62,588 nucleotides of DNA from Octopus bimaculoides (taxonomy: Eukaryota): assembly GCF_001194135.2 (NCBI RefSeq), contig NC_068985.1, positions 69,544,525 to 69,607,112 of the forward strand. Reading direction: 5' to 3'. The notes under the pieces are model-generated. The model was given only the letters and a program-made list of their open reading frames with translations. It had not been told where the DNA came from and made no database searches. A program made the translations under genes and the position numbers. Below are positions 26,100 to 39,227 of this stretch, one piece after another. The stretch's first letter is position 1; the number at the start of each line of letters is the position of its first letter.

Positions 26100-26560
26100 C
26101 TTCCACAAACTTTTACAGCGGATGTACAAGAGGAGTGACTATATTATAAGCTTCATATCAATTAAAAAAAAAAACACTTATAAATATATATAATTTCAAA
26201 TCAAGAAGAAACTGAATAAATATTGTCAGCGAGGAGAGAATGCACGAGTGGTAATGCAGGAGCATCCCAACACATTGATAATCAGATACGTCTGGAACAT
26301 AATATACTGGATTGGTCTCATTTTCACTTTTGCTGTCGAAGTATCAAAACAATCTTGTCTTATAAGTAACTGACTATCAGATTACCATAGACTACTGGGG
26401 TTGTTTCTATAAGAAATGAATTCATTAAAGAGATCGAAGATCGTCTTTGGGCCCTGTATTACTGGTCATGAACTTTGCGTCTATATATCCACTTCTGTGC
26501 AGAAATCCAGCATCTTTTTGTGTATTTTGTTGTGTCAATGAAGTGTTTTCATAGTGAGTA
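26100..26560 (-). mobile_element. Possible L1/Tx1 endonuclease N-terminal remnant
   Basis: Minus translation KMLDFCTEVDI...IQGPKTIFDLFNEF is a weak match to the endonuclease start. Confidence 0.28.
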
Positions 26561-27131
26561 GCTTGAATATTTCAAAAGTAACGTAACTCATTGCAATCTG
26601 TCTACATAATAATACGACAGTAACCTATATCTAGTGGACAGAGTCATTGTTGTGATCTTTCGCAGAGGCTTGTGAATTAAATGAGTAGTGTATTGCTTAT
26701 TAACAATCTATATCGTATCTCATAATATTTTACATGTGATATTAGAATGGTTTCTCTGCGCACAAGTAACGACAACGTCAAATTTTTACTTTGACGGTGT
26801 CTTACAAAGCACGCATGTATTGGTATATATGTGCGCTTTTGTAGACTTTACTAGATTAGATTGTTACTCCAATGTGGGAGAAAGTCGTTTAGAAGCGCTT
26901 TCATTACTCTATACTTCTATCACACCGATCATCTTACAAATAACCAAAGGGTACAGTCTGTTGCTGTAAACTAAATATGCAAAATATCTAGTCTTCTATT
27001 GAAATTACTATGATTATAAATAAAATTTACGAACCTGTAGGTGCCTATACTATTTGTTTTTCATGCTATTACTATTGTCTATATTACTAAAAATATCGAT
27101 GATAATATAAACAACAATAATATTAATAGTA

Positions 27132-27358
27132 TTTTCTACTAAAGGCACAAGGCCTGGAATTTTGTGACAGGGTCCGGTCGAATATATTGACTCCAGTGTT
27201 TCACTCGCACTTAATTTATCAACCCCGGAAATGGATGAAGGCAAAGAATCAGAACGCAAAACGGAGACAAGCCGCTAAGCATTTTGCCCGGCGAGCTAAC
27301 AATTGTGCTAGCTCACAGCCTTATCAATAAGATTCATAATAATAACAATAATAATAAT
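27132..27358 (-). mobile_element. SINE-A near full-length copy (small internal deletion), (ATT)-rich on both sides
   Basis: Plus strand ttttctactaaaggcacaaggcctggaattt...atcaaccccggaaatggatgaaggcaaag...gccgctaagcattttgcccggcgagctaac...gcctt; read in reverse this is a tRNA head, central domain and ATT tail. Confidence 0.85.
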
Positions 27359-27360
27359 TA

Positions 27361-27500
27361 TTTTTCTTAATTTTAGCACCAGAGCAGCAAATATTTGAGG
27401 GGTGGGGGAAATCGATTACATCGACGACAGTACGCAACTAGTACTTTATTTCACCCAGCCTGAAATGATGACACATTTGACCTCTGCGTGACTTGAATTT
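27361..27500 (-). mobile_element. Second tandem SINE-A copy (3' two-thirds, degenerate)
   Basis: atatttgaggggtgggggaaatcgattacatcgacgacagtacgcaactagtactttattt matches the family body. Confidence 0.7.
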
Positions 27501-29252
27501 GGCGCATAAAGCGCCAGAAGAAATGTCATAAAATATATTTGCCCAATGCGCTAATGAGGTTGACATTTTGCGGCTCATGTTCTGTCCAGATATATAATTT
27601 TCCAAATGCCCAAAACATTCGCACTTGCGCAAAATACAGACAATAGCTTTACTAGTAAACAAATAACTTAAAATAAAGACATTGCCTGAAGCATCTTAAA
27701 CTACTATCATTAGTATAATGATCACATTCAATATAGTAAAATGTATCGCAAACAGTCGTAAATAAAATAAGAGTATATTCTGAGGTACATTAGCATTTGA
27801 AGCCAGGAGAGAGGATAAAATTGCCAATAAGTGTTGCATTGCTATAAAAGAAAAACGTTCAACTATTTAAACAGATTTTGAATGAATCAGTTTCCCCTTC
27901 CACTATGTTTAAGAGACGTTAAACTGGAGTGGTGATTTAAGCTTCATATCTCTAGTATAATGAGTTTTAATGTAACCACCAGTCATTTAATTAAGTGACC
28001 ATTTGCAAAGTTATTTATACAGCCAATATTGAATAATCATGCATAGCTGAAATATCTTATACTTTGCTGGATAGCCTTTGCTAATGTCAGGAAGAAAATT
28101 TAACAGTATTTCTTAATTGCATTCTAATTGATTGATTGTTTTATTGCGACTAATTTATCAAAATGAAAATTAAACCAAATAATCAGCAATAGAAGGAAAA
28201 TAATGATAATTTCAATTAAGAAAAATAAAAATATTGAAGATTCTATCAAGATCTCTAATGTCGGTGATCAATATTATTATTGTTTCTGACATGGACCAAT
28301 TAGATTGGCCCATGTCAAAAATAAGGTTAAGAATGCAAATTTTTAATGAAAAACATTCCAGCTAAACTGTCAAAAGTATCGCATTGTATTTTCCAGAGGA
28401 AAAGTGTATTTAATAATTATCTCGTGTGTTTTAGCTCTCTCCCATAGAAATGTAAGCCGATCTCTTTGAATCAGAAACACGGAATAATTTAAGAAAAATC
28501 TCATCTGATATAATTATGATAGAGTTATTTACAATTTATATTTTAAAATCAATGATATGAGTTTTTAACTAAGATACTAGTTAATTGAGTGCCATTTTAG
28601 GTCAGACAAGGAAGGCCAAATGTCAAAACATTCCAATGAACTGAATGGGCTAAGGTTAGGACAGTTGAACGTGTTTGGGAGCCAGATAATTAACTGAATT
28701 CAATCTTGTTCAGTGGATAGAATTTCAACGTTGTTAATTTAACTGACTAATGCTGCATTCTGATATTGATATTGACTATTTTTAAAAGCTGTGTATAAAC
28801 TCATTTGCAAAAGGTCAAATTGATGTATTATTTCAGTTCGAAATCTCTGTCGTAAATTTGATATAAAAGCTTAATAATCAGTGGAGAAGTTATGGATAAT
28901 TAAGGAGAAGGCTTAAAGCCCTGCAAGATTCAAATTCAATGACATCCCGTTTATCCACGAGACTCAGGTCGATGAGTGCATTCCATAAACTTGTCAACTC
29001 TCTGGTAATCTGAGACGGTAAAAAGGTAATTGGTGGAAGGCAATCTATATAATATTTAGTTTCAACCATTGTAGGCTTACATACTGGGGAAAACCTCGCC
29101 GCGAGGATGCCAGATAACTTTATTGGATAAGGTGACCTTGTATACGAAAATAGCAAGGTCACCATGACGAGTGAGATTAGCGCAGCAAGTTAACATTCGC
29201 AAACAAAACGCAGGTAAGAAGGGAATTGTACGTTTAAGAAAAATGATTAGTG

Positions 29253-29297
29253 TAAGTATTTCGTCCAGCGTGCTATTTGCCAGCTCGCCGGCTGGCA

Positions 29298-29330
<33 letters not shown>
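29253..29330 (-). mobile_element. SINE-A head fragment with small inverted duplication and (ATT)n flank
   Basis: aagtatttcgtccagcgtgctatttgccagctcgcc, then ggctggcagaa and (AAT)n up to a gap. Confidence 0.65.
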
Positions 29331-30024
29331 NNNNNNNNNNATGCAACGTAAAAGACAATGAAATAAAATCACAATCAGGTTCTCGCGATAATCATACGTC
29401 GGCAGTTGTCAACACGTCAGTGTAAGGGATTTTTTTGTCTTTTTATTGCTTTATTAATGGTATTCTATTTTATGTATCTATATTTATTTATTTTGAAAGA
29501 CGGAGACAGATGCCAAGATAGAGTAACGTCATTCTGAATGAAAGAAGGGAACGAAAAATACATAAGTGAATAAATATAATTGTAAAAATGCAAAAATAAG
29601 TAAAGTCTGATGTTTAGCATAAGAGATTGTTATATATCAAATTTTTAAGTGTGCGTTTTGTTGACAAGTTCATGTTAGCAAAAGAATTTACTAAACGAAC
29701 AAAATAAAATGCAATGAAACGAAATAGTAATGAAAAAAGTTCTTGCGTCATGTAATAATATTATTAGAATATCATCATGACTCTTCCTCTACCCACCGAC
29801 ACATACATGCATTACTCAAAACCACTCAACGTCTTCTTGTCTAACAGCGATGATACTTTGCCAATACATTTCCAGTACAACAAACTCGAAAATCCGTTGC
29901 AATATCTTAATGTTCAACTCCACAATAACAATATGAGGCATGATTCACAGCAGACATACAAGTAGTACTATAATAGTATTACTTCTGCTGCTAATGATAC
30001 TAACACTGTTATTGATAATAATTT

Positions 30025-30138
30025 ATGTTGTAGGCACAAGGTCTGAAACGTCAAGGGAGAGCGAAGTCAACTACATAGACTCCAGTATTTAACTGGTAAA
30101 TATTTCATCGGTTTCAAATAGATGAAAGAGGAATCAAC
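30025..30138 (-). mobile_element. SINE-A 3' part
   Basis: taggcacaaggtctgaaac...gtcaactacatagactccagtatttaactggtaaatatttcatcg. Confidence 0.65.
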
Positions 30139-30831
30139 GCTGCGGAAGCTATAGATAAAGATGGACTAAACGTGGCAAAGCATGTAGCCCGGCATGCCAA
30201 TGTTTCGTAAATTCGTACTGGGCGATAAGGACACAACATGAGATTCCAACATCTCAAAATATTTTGCGAAAACACGTATCTGGTTGCATATAAAATAAAA
30301 TGATAAGAGGGAAAATATAAAAGCATTGCAAATTAGATACAACATATGAAGATACTTATACACTCGAGTAGGCAATGAGAGGACTGCGTATGAAAAGAAT
30401 AGGAAACATTCGTGACTGTTGTGACGGTGAAAATTATGACGACGGTTACGTTAATGAGAATGGTTGTGGATGTGGTTGAGGTGATGAAGTCGATAATGAC
30501 AAAAGTGATAAGTATAGCTCCGTAAGTTATGTGTGACAACGGTTCTTTGTAAATGATACCCGCAGGGAGTGGTAAAGAAGCCAAAGCAATATGTAGGAGA
30601 AAAAAGACAAAAAAAAAAAGAAAACAAAAGGATTATAGACATCTCAATCTTTTTCTAAATACGATATTAAGTCTATGGAAAGAGATATAATAATGTCGGG
30701 AAAGGAGTATTTGAGGGATTTGTAAGTATATATATATGGGGGGGGGCACGTGTGTGTGTGCGTAGTGTGTGTGTGAGCGTAAATGTGTGGAAAAATGTGA
30801 AAATATTTGTGCTTATATGTATGTGCCATAT

Positions 30832-30881
<50 letters not shown>

Positions 30882-31106
30882 NNNNNNNNNNNNNNNNNNN
30901 NNNNNNNNNNNNNNNNNNNNNNNNNNNNNNNNNNNNNNNNNNNNNNNNNNNNNNNNNNNNNNNNNNNNNNNNNNNNNNNNNNNNNNNNNNNNNNNNNNNN
31001 NNNNNNNNNNNNNNNNNNNNNNNNNNNNNNNNNNNNNNNNNNNNNNNNNNNNNNNNNNNNNNNNNNNNNNNNNNNNNNNNNNNNNNNNNNNNNNNNNTAT
31101 ATATAT

Positions 31107-31171
<65 letters not shown>
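30832..31171. repeat. (ATAG)n tetranucleotide microsatellite spanning an assembly gap
   Basis: ATAG arrays on both sides of the N-run 30882-31097. Confidence 0.93.
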
Positions 31172-31172
<1 letters not shown>

Positions 31173-31770
31173 TTCATGCATGTGTGTTATGTATATATAT
31201 GCGTGTGTGTGTGTGTGTGTGTACATGCATATCATATAGTTATGTGTATTATATTTGTGTATATGTGTGTGTCAGTGTGTATCTGTTTGTCTGTGAGTGT
31301 ATCTGTGTCTGTGTAAAGAAGGAAGGAGGGAAAAAGATATTTAAAAAAGATGTTAGATTATGAGAGAGTTGAGAAAGCTTAGGGGAGAAACCGTGAAAAT
31401 GCATGAAGTTCAAGATTAGAATAAGTATTTATTGGAGAAATGAATATCAACAAATGATGCTGCATTCGATAGAATAGAAAAAAAAAAAAAGGATTTATGT
31501 ATATAAAAGACGAAATGCGATTGCGTATGCCTCGAAACCCTTGCACTTTAACGTGAGTCAAATACTCTTTTGTATCAAATAAGCACTTAGAAGAAACATA
31601 TATAAAGAACATCATAGCAGGAAAATTTACGAAAAACGATAAATGATTCCAATGGAAATCATAAGAGAATNNNNNNNNNNNNNNNNNNNNNNNNNNNNNN
31701 NNNNNNNNNNNNNNNNNNNNNNNNNNNNNNNNNNNNNNNNNNNNNNNNNNNNNNNNNNNNNNNNNNNNNN

Positions 31771-33159
31771 TGCCAAGAAAAGAGGGAGGCCGAGGACTTC
31801 TACAGCTGGCATTAACAATGGAGGTAGCTACAATTGGCCGCGACACCTATCTGAAAAACTCTGAGGACTGGATGCTAAAACTTGTCTCAAAACATGAAAG
31901 CCAGAAAGCATCTTACTAAAATAACAAAACAGGCAAAGGAATATCTAAGTGAATTCCAATTGCAACAAACTCAAGAATTAGACGAACTAGAAACACCTGC
32001 AGAAAAAGCTAAGAGCTTGAAAACCCGTGCTAAAATTGCTGCCTTAGATATTATGACTGAAAAATGGCATGGAAAACCTCTCAATGGCAAATACCCAAAG
32101 AGAGCGAATAGTGCATATATTGACAAAGCCCTTACCCATCAATAGCTAATGGCCTCTGGCTTGAAATCAGAAACAGAGGGGTTTATCATAGCAGCCCAAG
32201 ATCAATGCCTACCTACAAAGAACTACCAGGNNNNNNNNNNNNNNNNNNNNNNNNNNNNNNNNNNNNNNNNNNNNNNNNNNNNNNNNNNNNNNNNNNNNNN
32301 NNNNNNNNNNNNNNNNNNNNNNNNNNNNNNNNNNNNNNNNNNNNNNNNNNNNNNNNNNNNNNNNNNNNNNNNNNNNNNNNNNNNNNNNNNNNNNNNNNNN
32401 NNNNNNNNNNNNNNNNNNNNNNNNNNNNNNNNNNNNNNNNNNNNNNNNNNNNNNNNNNNNNNNNNNNNNNNNNNNNNNNNNNNNNNNNNNNNNNNNNNNN
32501 NNNNNNNNNNNNNNNNNNNNNNNNNNNNNNNNNNNNNNNNNNNNNNNNNNNNNNNNNNNNNNNNNNNNNNNNNNNNNNNNNNNNNNNNNNNNNNNNNNNN
32601 NNNNNNNNNNNNNNNNNNNNNNNNNNNNNNNNNNNNNNNNNNNNNNNNNNNNNNNNNNNNNNNNNNNNNNNNNNNNNTCAGACAAAAATCATGCCTCCTC
32701 ATTGATATGACTGTCCCAATCGATATAAACGTATCTGTCAAGACCTACCAAAAACTGAGCAAATATAAAGATCTTGAAATAAAAATTAGCAAAATGTGGA
32801 ATCTGAAGACGAAAACAATACCTATTGTCATAGGTGCCCTGGGGATGACCGCGAAACGGGCTGATTACTACCTAGCTCAGATACCAGGAAACCTCAAAAT
32901 GGCTGAAGTTCAAAAGATAGTGCTCATGGGAACTGCCCATATCCTACGTAAAATACTGTCTATGTGATCTCAAATTTTAAAACTAACACATAATTTTCTT
33001 ATGGTTTGTTAAACATTCACTAGAACAAAACTTTACAAATCCAAATATATGGTACCCTAGGCATAACATCTACATGAACTTCTAACTTGTTGTCTCTTGA
33101 GGTCTCTGGGTGAGACTTGGATCCAACTTGTACAAATGCAAAACAAAAGTGAAACATAA

Positions 33160-33193
<34 letters not shown>
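31771..33193 (+). mobile_element. R4/Dong-like RLE LINE 3' portion: RT thumb, RLE endonuclease, 3' UTR and (TAA)n end; weakly diverged
   Basis: PRKEGGRGLLQL..., LKSETEGFIIAAQDQCLPTKNYQ, then after the gap RQKSCLLIDMTVPID...KYKDLEI...TIPIVIGALG...GTAHILRKILSM stop (32967); 3' UTR to about 33160, then (AAT)n. Confidence 0.9.
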
Positions 33194-33196
<3 letters not shown>

Positions 33197-33299
33197 TTGC
33201 TGCTGCTACTGCCACTACTTCTGCTACAACTACTACTGCTGCTACTGCAACTACGGCTGCTACTAATACAGAAGCAGCAACGAGAGCAAGAATAGCTAA

Positions 33300-34150
33300 A
33301 CTGGTCAATATGTCGTTGTCTGTCTTTTGGAAACCAAGACTTGCTCGTAATTTGTGCATTTTAGAAATAATTATTGCCTGTTTCAGTGCCGTTAGCTGCC
33401 ATCTGTTTGTCAGACTTTACACTTCATAGTTGTCTTTCTTCCTCCTTTGTTTCCCCATAGCGTATTTGCTGAGACAACTTTCCATTCATTATTAAAATTT
33501 GTTTTTTAGTAAACATGTCATTTACTTAACAGAAGCACTGTAATTGAGAGACTCGTCTAGCATTTGTCAAAACAGTATGTTTACAGAATTCATTAATATA
33601 TTGAAAATATTCACTTTCTTCGGAAGCTTGGAGTGAGAGTATAGTCGCAGGTCTTTATCTTATCTTATCAAAAGGAAATAATCTTACATACTTTTATTCC
33701 TTGCTCCAGAATACAAACAATTGTCTCGAATTCTTTTAACCACTTCCCCAAAAGTGTTAATAATGCTGAAAATGTCGCTGAAGATTTACATGATCAAAGC
33801 TTAAACAATGTATTGCAAACAGTAGGAGAATTTTAGCTCTCATTGTACAAAAAATAAAATGTCATTTATCAAAGCAGGCTGATATCATTTCTTCAGCGTA
33901 TATCATTTGTATATTTAGGATATTGAATTCACCTAATATAATAGAGATACTCCCTGTTCTCGTATGAGATCAATAAGCTAGATTATTGTGATGTACAAAT
34001 CCATAATATTTCCTAATTTTACGATCTTTAACGCGAACACCTTTAAATATTTTTCTAACCCAGACTCAAAACAGCAACTCATACACGTGCGTGATGCACA
34101 TATTCTCTCAATAGCAATATAGTTATCATGTACCCCTAATTCATCTCGGT
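33300..34150 (-). mobile_element. Possible CR1/L2-type AP endonuclease and linker remnant
   Basis: Minus translation DLIREQGVSIILGEFNILNIQ resembles the IILGDFN endonuclease motif; the rest is heavily decayed. Confidence 0.35.
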
Positions 34151-35756
34151 TATGTATCCTACCCTATACCCCAGCTTCTGTCGAAAATTTGGTATTTGCA
34201 TAAAGGAAATAAAATGGAGCATTATTTGCTTCTTACTAAAGTTAAACTATACCGATTCTGCCAGATAGAAAATATATTTCTCATGTATTTTGTCATAATT
34301 TTAAGCTGGATCTGTAAAGCGTATTCGTGTAGTACCTATGTTCAGTTCATATCTAACATATCTATACTTAAAATAAAGAACGTTTGCGAACAGCTATCAG
34401 ACTTCAAACCTTTATGTGTAATACGGAATATACCGGCTAATTTAATATATATTATAATGGAACTAAAGAGGGGGAGGAAGCTATCTTTACTTCCATAAAA
34501 GCATTAAACTCATATCAAATGAAGTGCTAGCAGTTCACATGCCAATAGAAACAGTGGTCAACACATTAATATTCAATGGGCACCTCCACTAAAACTGTAT
34601 TGCGTAATTTGAGGGAAATGTGACTACTACTTTTAGCTCATCTTAGTGTATGTAAAAGCTTTCCCATTGGCTGGTTATGACTATTGTATCCTTACTTGTG
34701 ATTGTAAACTTTCTGTATATGATCAGATTGGCAAGACATTTACAGCGCATTCAAAGTTTAAACATCGCTAGATAAATGAAACTAAGTAAAAGTAAGAAAT
34801 AGTCTCTACTTTTCGGATTTATGTGATAAATAAAGGACAAATAATTGACAAGACAAAGGAAAGCAAAATCCTTATTTGCCCTCTCAAACTATTATTTGGA
34901 AAGAAACTCTTGTTTATTTAATACAATTAGACTTAGTGATAGAATTACCAGTTCCATTTAGCTATCATAATTTAATGAAAAAGTTTAGGAAAAATGAATT
35001 ACTCATTCGTTATAAATTTATTGTAATTGAAGTTATTGATATAACTAATATTTACGTTATAAAGATATAGACACAAATATAATTCAGTATCTTTCATTAA
35101 AACTTTTGTCTCCTAATGAAAGTTGTATTAATTTATGTATAGTTTTGTAATTTGGCTAAAGGTCATTCAAATGAAAACTAATATTTAAATGCATGCATTG
35201 CGAGATCATTAAAAAAAATCAGTTTTGGAACATTACCCTGAGAAAACTGATGAATGGCAGATACAATAATGTTGTTCAAAAACGTTTGAAGCTAACAACT
35301 TGAAAGAATCAGTGTGGCCTGTAGTTTAACTTTTGCTGTTTCTGGTTGAATGCTAAAAGTGTGACTTCTATTCATTTCAACTCGCCTGTGGGTTGATACA
35401 ATTGTTTCTTTGACAAAAGGCTGTGGTTATTGATGAAATTATATTCTATTCATTACAGTTATGGTTATTGATATCATTCTGAAAGTTTCGCAAATTCTTT
35501 TCACACGAGATTGTTTAGTTCTGACTGGCTCCCTAGCTTTAGTTGAAATATGATTTTGGAATAAATCAATGAACGTTACTTAGAATAATTTGACTGGTTC
35601 ATATTTTAAAGCAAAATCGTTACCCATAATTTGGTGCTAACAGAACGTAAGTTTATCATGGTATGAAGAACGGTTCGAGCTAGATAGAAACAGGATGGTT
35701 ACGGAGCAAACGCTTTTAATCCTACGATTGCTCCAAAAGAGATATAAAACATGACA

Positions 35757-36041
35757 CAGAAAAGAAGACGAAGAAGGAGAAGAAGGGGAAGAAGAAGAAG
35801 AAGAAGAAGAAGAAGAAGAAGAAGAAGAAGAAGAAGAAGAAGAAGAAGAAGAAGAAGAAGAAGAAGAAGACGAAGAAGAAGAAGAAGAAGAAGAAGAAGA
35901 AGAAGAAGAAGAAGAAGAAGAAGAAGAAACAGAGGTAACAGAAGTAACAGAGAAGGGGAGGAAGATAAAATTTATATGAAGGAAAAGTAGTAGTAGTAGT
36001 AGTAGTAGTGTTGGTGGTGGCATCGGCGGCGGTGGTGGTAA

Positions 36042-36124
<83 letters not shown>

Positions 36125-36298
36125 TTGGAGAGGAAGTGGAAGAAGGAATTGAAAAAAAGATGCAGGTAGCAAAGCAGGCAAGGAGTGGGAGAAACATGAA
36201 GCGGAGGAGAAGGAGGGCAAGAAACAAAAGATTAAGTAGAGGAAGAAGGAAAGGAAAGGAAGGAATGGAAAGGAAGAAGAAGATAATGACGATAAAGG

Positions 36299-36359
<61 letters not shown>

Positions 36360-36420
36360 AACAACAATAATAATCAGCATCAGCATCCTATAAGAATTAC
36401 AATTATTTTTCATTAATGCC
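35757..36420. repeat. Large compound trinucleotide array (AAG)n-(AGT)n-(GGT/GGC)-(ATT)n-(AGT)n...(ATG)n
   Basis: Read directly; it produces the spurious 283-aa minus-strand ORF. Confidence 0.95.
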
Positions 36421-36849
36421 TGATTGCAGCGTAATAATACATTTGAAGCACGAATGCATAATCTGGCATTCTGTAAATTTGTAAACATGTTCCTAGAAGT
36501 GTTTTGTATTTACAGTCATAAAGTAAGAATATGGAAGCATCATAGTTTTAAATTGGATGAATGATTGTTGCATTTTACTTTGAATCGCAGTTATTCAGTG
36601 TTTGAAATCCTCCATGTGTACATGTCAACGGTAGAGTGTTTAAAATATTTTCTTGTTGATGTGTTGTAGTCCATTCCGTTTTAGTTGCTGGCATCATTGT
36701 TGTGGTTGTTGATGTTCTTGATAATTTTATTTGCTATTGCCTTTCTTCAAATATTTTATATCAATTCTTTTTCTTTTCCAATAAATAATAAATAACAAAA
36801 AGATAATGCTATAATTCCTGTAGGAATGAAAATAAAGAGAATTTGCTAT

Positions 36850-36850
36850 G

Positions 36851-36915
<65 letters not shown>
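36850..36915. repeat. (AAT)n microsatellite
   Basis: Read directly. Confidence 0.96.
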
Positions 36916-36917
<2 letters not shown>

Positions 36918-38454
36918 TAGAAGACGAAAACAAAGATATACAATTCGAAAGAAGTACAAAAACACCACCACAAAAATGAAGACCGAAAGATTGATAGAAA
37001 AAACAGTTTGAGCTGGAAGCCGCACTCCCCGTAGTTAGTGCATGCATCATCTCATCCGGCCTAAGCGACTTCTCACAGATCAATACTACGTCTTGAAACA
37101 TCAATCAACGCCGTAAATATAACTCTTGTGGCTTGCTTATATTTATCCGATCAGTAAAGCATTTTCTGTATTTCAAAATACTCTGTATGTATGTGCGTGT
37201 GTGTATATATGTGTGTGTGTGCGCGTGCATGTATATATATATATATATATATATGTGTGTGGGGGGGGGGGGTATACTTATATACATATATATGTGTATG
37301 TATGTATGTATGTATGTATGTATGTGTGCAGAGAGAGTGGAAAGAGAGATAGAAAAGAGAAATGAGAACAAAAGACTTCACACGATTGAAGGTTCAAAAG
37401 CTTAAATATTTCTGAGGTTTACTAGTTAGATTAGATGAATGCTCACTGTGCTGAAATACTTATCCTTATGTATATTTTGAGGTATAATGGAAGGTTAAGG
37501 TTTTCATATAGGTATATTTCTACAGAAAAATACATTACCATTGGTAAGTCCCTATTGTATTTATTGCTTAGTTTGGTGCAACATAATCGTATTATTTCAC
37601 ATACAATTCTCTTGGGCGGTTTCTCACGCACAGGCTCGTCTTATGTACATATTAAGCCACACCATTTCCTGTTCAATGATAAATACCAATTGAAATATCT
37701 ATGCTCTTACCTATAAGTAATTTTCGTCTTGCAACAAGCAAAGTAGCCAGCTAGAAAATATCTATAAGAGATGAAAGTAGTAACTATACTGTGAAGTAAA
37801 GCTTACCACCACTTCAATGTGGTTGTTCCTTAGGAACTCACGTTACTACCATTTTTAGCCCCAAGAGGTGCCTCGTCCAGCTGGTTATCGATGCAATCTG
37901 CATCCGATATATATTGCATGCAGGCTAGCAAGCATCTACCATTTTCTAGCAGACGATGTGAGCACCAGACCGGTTCCTTTCGAACAGCCATATTGAAGTG
38001 ACGGTAACCATTACTACTTTCACCTCATAGAGATCTTCTAACTGTCTAATTTGCTTGTTGCAAGATCAGAGAAAGTTTTTACAGCGGCTTACTGCTATTT
38101 CTACTGGACGGGTATCCGCCACTGTGGATGAACACAAACAGATCGAAACCTTACGGTCCATGCTGTTTCTTTTTTTGTGGGTATCTTTCCTCTATTTTTT
38201 TTATTTTCTACACAATTATCAGTTTTTGTGACACCGGATTCCTTCACGTTTCGATGGCAATTTTTACATACCACAATAAGCTGTTTTCCTCTACTTGGAT
38301 ACAGAAATGGCAATTGCTCAAACTTCACCCCACTCCCGTATCTTCAGGACAAGCACAGTCGATCGGTTTCACTCTTAGGGTGGAAGGTTCGGTGCATAGT
38401 AAATATTTTCCATATCTTCATATCAATGTTCATTCTGCCTATTCTGTATTTTAT

Positions 38455-38461
38455 AATTATT

Positions 38462-38495
<34 letters not shown>

Positions 38496-38535
38496 CTTTT
38501 ATAATAATAATAATAATTATTATTATTATTATTAT
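38455..38535. repeat. (CAT)n-(AAT)n-(ATT)n compound microsatellite
   Basis: Read directly. Confidence 0.93.
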
Positions 38536-38949
38536 GACCGTCAGCGTGGCAAGCCACACTTGGCCTCGCTCCGTAGATTCCATAAGGAAAAAAAACACAA
38601 AATAGTTTTATTTACACCCTCCAATTTATACCATCGTGGAGAACAAGTTATTTGCTGTCGAGTGTTGAGTTTATTGTCCTATTGTGTCCTCCAGCTTTGG
38701 GGGTAGTTCAGTTGCTTTTGTTTTTTAAGCAAAGTTATGTGCGTTTTCCCCACCAGCATGGAGAAAACGTAAAACGCGGTTACGATCATATGTGAGCGAG
38801 AGGCATAAATTGAGGGACGTCACCAAACATCGATTAGAGAGAGTGCACTCGTGCGAAGTGACATCGGTCTGAAAAACAAAACAGGCGGTAGTTGTATTTT
38901 TGTCGGAAAAAGGGACAAAAAGGACAAGAGAGCCAATGTTTTCAAGAAG

Positions 38950-39170
38950 GATCACTCAGAAGAGCTTTTGAAAAGCAGAGGCTCTGTTTTTAACAACATT
39001 ATTCAAAGTGAAAAACATTAATTTTCGAAAATGTAAGCGGTGAAAGCGAGGCAGCGGATGAGTTAATTGCAAATAACAACAGCAAGAAGAAGAAGAAGAA
39101 GAAGTACTAGTAGTAGTAGTACTAGTAGTAGTAGTACTAGTAGTAGTACTAGTAGTAGTAGTAGTAGTAT

Positions 39171-39227
<57 letters not shown>

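Noticed and set aside
35637-36488. 283-aa minus-strand ORF, the longest gap-free ORF
   Set aside because: Consists of poly-I, -L, -P and -S runs translated from microsatellites; no domain content.
38101-38420. Minus-strand ORF with a Cys pattern, possibly a Tx1 ORF1 knuckle remnant
   Set aside because: CCHC spacing is not present and the similarity is too weak.
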